A DNA stretch of 58,320 nucleotides, counting the filler, from Sphacelaria rigidula (lineage: Eukaryota), in the NCBI GenBank assembly GCA_964200075.2. It is 6 parts of 6 records of this genome, joined end to end, with 100 filler letters (N's around TTAATTAATTAA, not from the genome) between each part and the next. Parts side by side here need not be neighbours in the genome. Positions count along the whole stretch, not along the records: positions 48,686 to 58,320 come from CAXNAA020008062.1; 5 more parts are not named here. One strand, 5' to 3'. The position numbers and the translations under genes were made by a program. Under the pieces are notes generated by a model. It did no database searches and was not told the DNA's origin. It worked only from the letters and a program-made list of their open reading frames with translations. Every line of letters begins with the position of its first letter. The first letter of the stretch is position 1. Below are positions 49,971-58,320 of this stretch, piece by piece.

Positions 49971-51851
49971 AAGTTGTCGCGTCAACATGAGCAGCTGCAC
50001 GCTCGGCGTTCCGACTCAAGACTTCGATTTGAGGGATGCGACGGGGTGGGCAGCAGCAACTGCTGTGCGTCCAGGTGTCCCGTGTAGCAGAATGCGTCTG
50101 GTTTCTGTCTGACAAAATTTTCCCCCAAGAAACCGAAATCAAGGGGGTTTTAGACCGGATAAATATGGCAAAAAACGATTGACAAATTTGAGTCGCAAAA
50201 ATCAAATCGCAAAAGAAACCATTACTTAATTTCTCCACCTGGAGCAGAAACTAACTTCACTACGGGACAAAGGAACCCGACGACATGGTCAAATTCCCCG
50301 CTGTGTATACTCATGTCATATATTACCCTGCCCCAAGCACTTTCGGTATTTCTAGACAGCAATAAAAACACCCCAAATTCCAGCTTTGGTACGAAATAGG
50401 CAGCAGTCTACGATAATAATCCTGCCGTCTCAAACGTCGGTAGTTCATCCACTTGCTCAGCCTAGACCGCAACGTCGGCGACGAAGTGGCCCCTGGGCGC
50501 GAAAAGTGTTCCCCTTTGAACATTAAACGGGTTGGTCAGAGTGCGTTCAAATTCATGCCAGGGTTTCCCGGTAACAATAAATTCGCAAAAGCTCAATCTT
50601 TGTCACCGACGTTCATGGAGTTTACGGCAACGGTATCGTCACTCAGGCTGACCTGCGCGAAGACGTCAACATCATCACCATTCGCCTCAACGGTTGGCAG
50701 AGTTTTTTGCTGGCGGGCAATTGTCGGTAGAAGGTCAGGCGAAAAACGCTTTGCCGACCGTTCGTGCGGATATTGGCAGCGAGGACGGTACTTCAGTAGA
50801 TCGGCCAGGCTGAAAAACGATGCCATTGCGGTGGGCGATGCCAAGGTCGGGGACGAGGATTCAGCTTCTAGTAATGAATACTCCAACAAAAATCATTCCA
50901 CGGGAGAAAATCGCCGGTGCGACCAAAATCCTCGAAATTATACTGATTAATCTCAGTTGCCTTACGAGATGAGTCAGATGTCGAATCTCATCTCCCACTT
51001 TTGCATCGTTTTTCAGGCCAGTCTCCACACGTCGTCTTCACCGTCAACATCCATGTCAACGGTTGGCAGAGGTTCCCACGACCGACCCGATACTAATCAT
51101 TACTGTTCGATGTGCATTCCAGTCCCATCGTCACCAGTTGCCGTCTTCAGTGATGAGAACTACCGGCTTGCTCAGCCTCGCCCGCGACGTCTCCTTCTGA
51201 ACGAGTTCTGCCAGGCTTTCGGAAGTGTCCAAATATCTTCAAACCTCTTTTGAGGCGTGTAATGACTACAAAGGTGCAAAAAGGCTGTGCACCAGGCCTT
51301 TGTTCATGTTCTCGCCGTAGGAGGCGACCCGAGCCTGCAAGCTGGTCCAGCCTAGAACGGGTTCAGGCTTTGAAGGCATCATCTCATCAGCATAGACCAG
51401 TTGTGCCGTGATGTGCATTTTGTACCACCATATTATGATCGTCCAACCCAGGGGAAGGTGCTCATTTGCTCAAAAGTTCGTGTAATTTATTCTTTTTGGT
51501 GGAACCGCATCTATTGTAATTCCTGTATGACGCCCAGAACGATATTCCGAGCTGATGACGATATTTGATGTGGGCATTCCCTCGGGCACGGGGAGACAGC
51601 AGATACCTGAACCTTGACCTAATTCGTGACCTTCATCGACGTTTGGCGAACACAACATCCATGCCAGAATCGATTCATCATGATCAGACGCACCAAGTAC
51701 ACCGAATCTGTATATCGCATCTCAGTTTCTGGGATTGTGGTCTGAAGTTTTGTATGGGCAACCGCCGGTGCATAGTAGGACGAAAAAACACCTCATCTCG
51801 TCTTCTCCCGTTAATTGTTTCCAAGCGAGTTTCCAGGGGATCCAAACGTTG

Positions 51852-52166
51852 CACACGTAAGACAGATCATGAGCTTGCTCATCTGCGGGAGGTAGCTCAC
51901 TTGCAGTCAAACATGTACATGTGCGCTACGTCCAATAGCTCAACACGAGGTGAACGTGCTACGAGTTGGTAGCTGACTCAGGACAAACATGCGTAGCTCA
52001 TGCTCCTCTAATAGCTAACCCAGGGCGAATCTGAGCTGATGAGCTACGCGTTGGTAGCTCAGGTATGGTAAACATGCGTAGCTCGAGTAGCTCTCATAGC
52101 TCACTAGGGAGCAACGCTGAAAAAGAGCTACCTTGAGCTATAGGGGGTTGACCTGTCCGACGTATG
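51852..52166. mobile_element. 315-bp AGCT-rich MITE with the same TIR type as 40629-42097
   Basis: CACACGTAAGACAGATCA...TGACCTGTCCGACGTATG; flanks AAACGTTG / AAACACTG (6/8). Confidence 0.68.
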
Positions 52167-52696
52167 AAACACTGCTCTTGGACCTCCTTTTCGTTTCCGG
52201 GCCTTTTCCTCGGAATTGTCATTTGAAATCTAGCATGGCGATTCGCAGGGGTATGCTCAAGAAAAATAAACGCCTTCGATCCTTCTTGGTGAGATTCTCG
52301 CGCCATCGTCAAGGAGTCGTCCTTCCTACACCATAACCCCCTGACCCAATAAAAAAAAAAAGTCTCAATCAAGTGGACCCACTTTCAGTGTTGGTAAACC
52401 TCAAGTTTGCCAAACCGTCCGACCCGCGAAGGTTGATATGGATAATTTTTTGTCGCACTTCGAACCCCCCCTTTCCTCGGCATGAATTGGCGATCTCAAG
52501 GGATAATCACATCTCCCTTTTGGTGCACGCCTTGCATTTCGGTCTTGCATATTAGGTTAGGTTGGCACTACCGCCACGAACACGGCGTGGTTAAAAACGG
52601 GAAGCCAGACTCATCATTTTTCCCCCCCATGAGGTGGAGACCATACTAATGTTCTCATCTTCGCGCGCGACTGAAATTCTGAAAATGGTGAAGCTC

Positions 52697-52894
52697 CACA
52701 CGTTCAACAGGTGAGCCCCCTGTAGCTCAAGCTAGCTTTCTTCTTTCGCGTGGCTCCCCACTGGGCTGTGAGGGCTACTTGAGCTATGCATGTTCATCCT
52801 AGGTGAGATATCTGGCGTAATTTTTATGCACATGTTCGACTTCGAGTGAGCTACGGCCCGCAAATGAGCTACCTCACGAGCTGTTGGACGTCTG
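52697..52894. mobile_element. Shorter, inverted copy of the AGCT-rich MITE
   Basis: CACACGTTCAACAGGTGA...AGCTGTTGGACGTCTG; interior is reverse-complementary to parts of 51852-52166; no TSD visible. Confidence 0.62.
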
Positions 52895-53344
52895 AAAGGT
52901 ATGTTGTTCAGTGCCGTCTCCAAAGTTCAATGAATTTGTCCATCTCAAAGTATCGGCGAGGCCTATCGCACGAACGCAGCAACAACACCACCACCTGCTC
53001 GACCCACGAATAGCAGCTATTCTTCATCTTGTGTTCCCTTTTCCCAAAAAATAATTATTCAATCTTTACCGACAACCCCAAGCCGACGACCTCCAACAAA
53101 CAATTTTTCAATCGTTCTTCATCTCATAGACATGGTTAAGTCTGACTTGACAGATTTCAAGTTTTTTCTTCTCCATGCGGGAGAACCGTAAGCAGCGAAT
53201 GTCAGCATCACCTTCGTCTACGCCAACATTCTGTTGGGGCTGAGTCAAGTACGCTTGACCTAATTATAACCACCAGCTTTGAGTCGATTCGGTGCACTCT
53301 TGCGGGAGGTTACTTATAACCATAGTCGCCGGGATTTTCCTCAC

Positions 53345-53420
53345 CTTCTTTGTCCTGAATTTTTTGTTTCACCCCCTCGATGGTGTCGGAGGGCTCCACA
53401 TCCAGGGTGATGGTCTTACC
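53345..53420 (-). CDS. Ubiquitin coding exon 2 (remaining exons not found in this contig)
   Basis: ttttggcAG...GTgagg; [25 protein letters not shown](G), ubiquitin residues 10-35. Confidence 0.95.
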
Positions 53421-54697
53421 CTGCCAAAACAACGATAGGAACGAGTCAAGTGCATCCACATGGGTACGCGAGGGGTTTCAACCTGCAGTGAACTAGTTGG
53501 CTTGGGAGGAGGGTGGGCGATGTCCCCTGCACAAAGTGGGGGTGCTTCCGACGGCGGGTTAGATGTAAGTCATGATAACCTAGGCGACTGCAGATGGATG
53601 AACATGCAGTCGGCAGTACAGTACAATACGAGGAGGTACCTACCACACTTGAGAGTGCTTCGGAGGAAGCAACCTAGTAGGGTGGGATGTGGGGTGAGGG
53701 ACTGGGGAGTCGCCGTGAAGGCGAAATCATTATGGTGGCTATTCCTCAAATGGACTTTTGTCCAAAAGGAGGCCATCTGCGGCCTTCGAAAGAGTCGTGC
53801 CTGCCATGTGTCACAGGGTCGCGACATGGCGATTGATGTCCGAGTATTGACGATACTAATTACTCAACAGTTTTTGTACTGTTTGTGAAGGGGTGTCCAA
53901 TCGTTGCACTTGGAGGAAGCGGCGCTGGCCTGGTCAGGCCACCAAAACAGGCAGACGATCCCCTTTTCACGAGTGTTCCTAAATTACATCCTTCCATCAT
54001 CGTATGGTGCACAATCTTCGATCCCCATGCCGACGTGGCTGATCGGCACGGGAAACCAGTCGACTGTCGTTAGCCTCCACATTCACTTCAGCACTCCGCT
54101 TTCCCAAGTTAGTCGTCATCCACTGTGAGCGTCTGTACGAGGTGAAATTCGCTGAAGGTTTCGTTTTCGTCACATGCCGCTGTCCGCAATCTGCATATAG
54201 CACTAGACGATGGTGAGGTTGGGATCGTGGATGTTCAACTGTCACTATCGTACATGCCCGTCGCACCCGTGGCATAGCAGCAGGCGGCTGTACACTGGAG
54301 CAATACCGCAAAGGGACACTTCACCCCTACAGAGCAGCACAGTACAGGCCAACAAGCTGAAGAGTTGGGCAGTTACGCTTGATCACGAACCCAATAGCCA
54401 TGTTCTACAGCATGCGGTCGCTCAACGATGCATAGATTATCAGCAGGTAATTCGACATCTTGTGTTAGTAGCGACGGACCAACAGTAGTACAGGACAACT
54501 CACGCAGCAATCACCTCCACTTCGGCTTCATGGGTCACAACTGCTCAAGCCATCTCTCATCCGTACATCATCCGTACATCGAAAGTCAGGTGGATCAAAC
54601 TACAGGAACATCCCGTGGCCATTCCTACCGAAGGCGACTTCGATTTTCCAGAGACAGGCAGTAGTAGGATTTTTTTTCGATAACCATGTGTTCTCAC

Positions 54698-54724
54698 CGT
54701 GAGGGTCTTGACGAAGATTTGCAT
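54698..54724 (-). CDS. Ubiquitin (or ubiquitin-fusion protein), coding exon 1
   Basis: ATG...MQIFVKTLT followed by GTgaga donor; preceded by an acceptor-like tctccgttgcAGcc, suggesting a 5'UTR intron. Confidence 0.92.
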
Positions 54725-55277
54725 GGCTGCAACGGAGAGGTTATGCTCTACCCGGGGCCTCTTGTGTCTCTCCGCGGACTGCTTCACCAGCCATCCACAG
54801 AGAGGAAAACACCACGCATTAATATTTACCATTATTTGTACGGATTGTTTTTCGTTCACCTAATCCGATATGATTGGATTCAGGCGTCTCTTGTCAATCC
54901 GACAAAGCCTCAGCTATCTCAGCGAAGGAATTCAGCAGCCAGTGTCATCGCTTTGCTCTCTGTCTGTTCATCTCCAGCGAAAACGAGATACCCACCACGG
55001 TACTATACGGGACCGTACGGTACTCTCCTGTTCCCACGAGTGCTTCTTACGGGCTGGAAGAAGATCTGTCGTTGTCTCGACAGCGCACTTCCACGAGAAC
55101 CTACCGCAGCGCACGTAGTACCGTATACATACATTAACTGACAGTCTAGGCTAGGTAGTGGATGCGCATCGCGCTCAGACGAGTCGTACAGCTGCACGGA
55201 GGGCTCGCCGGAAGGAAGCCAGGAGTCTATCCCATTGGATAATCAAGAGCAGCTGAGAAGCTAGACCCAGCTTCAGC
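54725..55277. promoter_or_regulatory. Probable bidirectional promoter/5'UTR region between divergent ubiquitin and CCT3 genes
   Basis: 553 bp between two divergent ATGs with no recognisable repeat; central palindrome ACCGTACGGT at 55012-55021. Promoter function is inferred. Confidence 0.6.
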
Positions 55278-55402
55278 ATGAGTGCTCCAGTGATGGTATT
55301 GCCCATCAACACCAAGCGAGAGACTGGGCGAGCAGCGCAGCTTGGAAACATCACGGCGGCAAAGGCGGTAGCAGATATCATCCGCACAACGCTGGGCCCC
55401 AG
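55278..55402 (+). CDS. CCT3: T-complex protein 1 subunit gamma (chaperonin CCT3), exon 1
   Basis: MSAPVMVLPINTKRETGRAAQLGNITAAKAVADIIRTTLGP(R) then GTataa donor; matches the CCT-gamma N-terminus PVxVLxxNTKRExGRxxQxxNIxAAKxxADIIRTxLGP. Confidence 0.93.
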
Positions 55403-55751
55403 GTATAACAGGAGACACACCTCCAACCCCTAGTGGTGGGGGATGAATCATGTTGTGTTGGATTGGACAGGAGTGTTGCAGAAGATAAGCATCAGTTTGG
55501 TCCCTCTCTGATATATCGATATGGCGAGTAGCTATTGAGCAACCTTGCAGCTGCGATTGTGCAACGGATGCCCCGTATGTTTCAAATTGATTTTTCAAAA
55601 GACGTGAAGACAGGTGGTGTTGTCGAGGGTTGTGAAACGTCTCCCTGTACGCCATGGTTGAAACGTATAGTAGTCAGCATCAGAAGTTTTCAGAATTCGT
55701 CGTTGTCCTTTTTTCTGAGTTTTTTTTTAGTACCGTTCTTCACTACTACTT

Positions 55752-56259
55752 GGAAGTGCTAGCGCCGGTAGATTTAGGGGGAAATCGTAGGCCGCGCTCA
55801 AACTGCAGTGCTCACGTTGGTGTTTTGGGGGCGATACGGACTTGATACCCCGTTCATCAGGAGGGTGTTATTGACCGGTTTTGGTCCAATATAAGCAGTT
55901 TTCCCGCTCTTCAGGGATGAAACGGTAAATATTCAGAAAACTTAACATGTCAAAAATTCTTCACAATAACGATCGAGATCGTGCTTCCCTCCTAGATTGC
56001 ACAGGCCTCCGTCTAGCGTTTTCTGCGGATGGCCTGTTTTCGGGGGGGTTCGCGTAACATTTCCCATGAGCACTCGAAAGTGCTAGCGTCGATAGTTTTG
56101 GCATAATAAGCAAACCGTGCTCAAATCACAATCGCCCAAGTTGGTGTTGTGTGGACGAGACCGGGTAAAGACCCCGTTTATCAAGAGGGTGTTACTGACG
56201 ATTGACCGTAAATGGTTCAAGAAACATAGTTTTCCTGCTTTACAGCAGTGACTAGGTGG

Positions 56260-56314
<55 letters not shown>

Positions 56315-56413
56315 CTATCAAAAAATCAAACATGCAGACGACCAAAAACAAAACCAAACCAAATANNNNNNNNNNAGTAAAAGAGATCAAAAAAAACATT
56401 TACAATACTAAAC

Positions 56414-56469
<56 letters not shown>

Positions 56470-56775
56470 GTTTTTGAGTCTTCACTTATATAATCCGGAT
56501 CGAGTCGGTCCACCGAAAATAACGAAAAGCTAGAGCCTGCGGTCGTATTTTCGCAGGACCCACGATGATTGGTCAAGCCCGTAAGTCGCTCACAATTGAT
56601 CGCAGATGATTTTTCTTTCAATATTTGTCAAGAGGATTTGAATATCTCCCGATGCCCATTTTTTGGCATCCAACAACAGTCACTGTGATGAGCGGTGGCA
56701 AGCAAAACAAATTTGGGCAATCTTTGAGAAACTGAGAATTTACGGATTCTGCGTACTTGTGACGCTGACCACTGT
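55752..56775. mobile_element. Degenerate relative of the 24292-24838 MITE, internally duplicated, in CCT3 intron 1
   Basis: Shares ACCC.GTTCATCAGGAGGGTGTTA (twice, ~55848 and ~56171) and TGTGAT..GCGGTGGCAAGC; ends ACTG|TA; interrupted by poly-A and a 10-N gap. Confidence 0.55.
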
Positions 56776-58047
56776 ATACATTGCACAGAGTGGCAGCACG
56801 CTATGCTTCTGATGTTATGGTGATGCTAGCGTGGCGTGGATCAGAGGGCGTGATGCGTGTGATGTGATGCCTTGGCTCTTGTGTGATGTGATGATACGTT
56901 CGTTCGGCAACTCCTGTGTGAGTTCGGTTAGTTGCTGCAGGTACTCTCGATATTATTTGAAATATGTCGCGCTGGATCACCCGCCGGCCTGATGACAAAG
57001 GCAATCATGCAAGGATTCAGTGTTGTAACGAAGCCATCACCGCCAAATACCTGCTTGTTAGCTCAGCGCAGTTCTGTATTAACAAGGCACTCCCAACATG
57101 AACGATTGATCTTGAAAATGTTGCCCCACCGGGCAACCCTGACTGAGTTGACGGAATCACTGCGCTATTTCCATTCTGATTCCGAAACCCAGGAAACCGA
57201 AACCAAAACAGCGTAGTCTCTGAAGTTGAAACTTGGTCTGTTTGGGGGAAGAAAAGGGCTCTCATGTGCAATGATTTTCTCGAAACAGGGGTGGTTGGGG
57301 GGAGTAGAGGTTTATATCTGGGGAATCCCGTGCTACAACAGCGGTGCTCTCATCTGCCAGTACCGAGGTGTCCGAGCGGCACCCCTTGTGCTTATTGCCA
57401 TCATCCATGAGATGTTGCGGGTAGGGAGTACCCCCTCCTCCTGGGGCCTTGCCCATTGGGAATCAGCTCCTGGCCTGCAATTTGTGATACCCCTTGGAGC
57501 AACACAAAGTGTTACGCCTGAATTAGTGTCATATTATTCCCCCGGTGGAATCAGCAGACTCTGTAAAGCGTATCTCCACGATAAGTTTGGCCTAAAACTC
57601 ATAGACCGTGTCCTTGACTTCCTCCAAGTGCCCTGGCTCGATTCTACCCACCGTACCTCTCAAACTGACGACGGATATCGAGCTTACGTTGCCCCTGCAG
57701 CTGTTCGTTGTTGGATTCAGTCGCAAAACCAATAGTAAAAAAACGACTGGAAGCAATGAGTGTCAACTGCGCGCAAGCAGCCCCGGTGCTCACACCTGGT
57801 GGAATCCATGCCACTGCTACCGCCGACCATATCTCTAGGGTTTTGCAAGTACGTTGTTGCCAGTGCTCTTCGTGTCTTGCAACCCTGCACTCTGTCAAGG
57901 CAGCTAGTTACTCTAATCGGAAGCAAAGGATGCTCTTCCCTTTTGAAGAAAGAGATAGGAGAGGCGGCTACACCAGTCTGAGATGCAGGAGTTGTCAGTC
58001 CTCGACTTGGTCAACTTGTGAACACCCAAAAGTTGCCCCCTTCCCGG

Positions 58048-58320
58048 GACCCCCGATGGCGTTGGCAATGACGCTATAAAAACACGCCACTCACTGCTTA
58101 AGCTAGGCAATCACGCTATCGATTTTTTTGCGGTAACCATGATGGTAGTCGCGCTAGATCATGTTGTGCGGCGTGGGAGAACCTCAACTCCGCACAAAGA
58201 GGATAATCGTGGTGTTCAAATGGTGAGGCACCCATGAGGCAGTGTGTAAGCCGTGGCTGTCTCTGGAAGTGGCGATACCAGAAAATAAAGCAACTCATTG
58301 TAGGCTGTCATCCAAATGCA
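58048..58320 (-). repeat. R1 partial copy at window end
   Basis: Collinear with 48130-48420. Confidence 0.8.

Noticed and set aside
56676..56777. C/D-box snoRNA-like pattern (GTGATGA...CTGA with a short terminal stem) in CCT3 intron 1
   Set aside because: It overlaps the end of a MITE-related repeat whose homologue near 24738 lacks the C box, and I recognise no rRNA guide.

Overview
Intron-rich eukaryotic genomic DNA, most likely from a brown alga or related stramenopile (inferred from the ubiquitin variant, short GT-AG exons in kb-long introns and the repeat landscape). It is not one locus. Six unlinked contigs of 9,635-9,638 bp (1-9638, 9739-19375, 19476-29112, 29213-38849, 38950-48585, 48686-58320) are joined by identical artificial 100-nt spacers (N44-TTAATTAATTAA-N44), so nothing can be inferred across the spacers. 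Most ORF-track entries are spurious. Manual splicing recovers partial genes: six phase-compatible exons of a trehalose-6-phosphate synthase (GT20) domain with a divergent RDGMNL motif (contig 1, -); three exons of an uncharacterised helical/HEAT-like protein (contig 2, -); one soluble-adenylyl-cyclase-like exon (contig 3, -); the last five exons of RPF1 (contig 4, -); and ubiquitin exons 1-2 (-) head-to-head with CCT3 exon 1 (+) (contig 6). The rest is dense in mobile DNA: a tRNA-derived SINE, an RTE-like LINE 3' fragment, a probably intron-containing pogo-like transposase pseudogene, several MITE families (TA, 4-bp and 8-bp TSDs; two confirmed by empty sites within the window), an unclassified ~570-bp repeat found in every contig, and a 442-bp near-perfect palindrome. 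I found no demonstrable novel biological system. The best leads are listed as findings.
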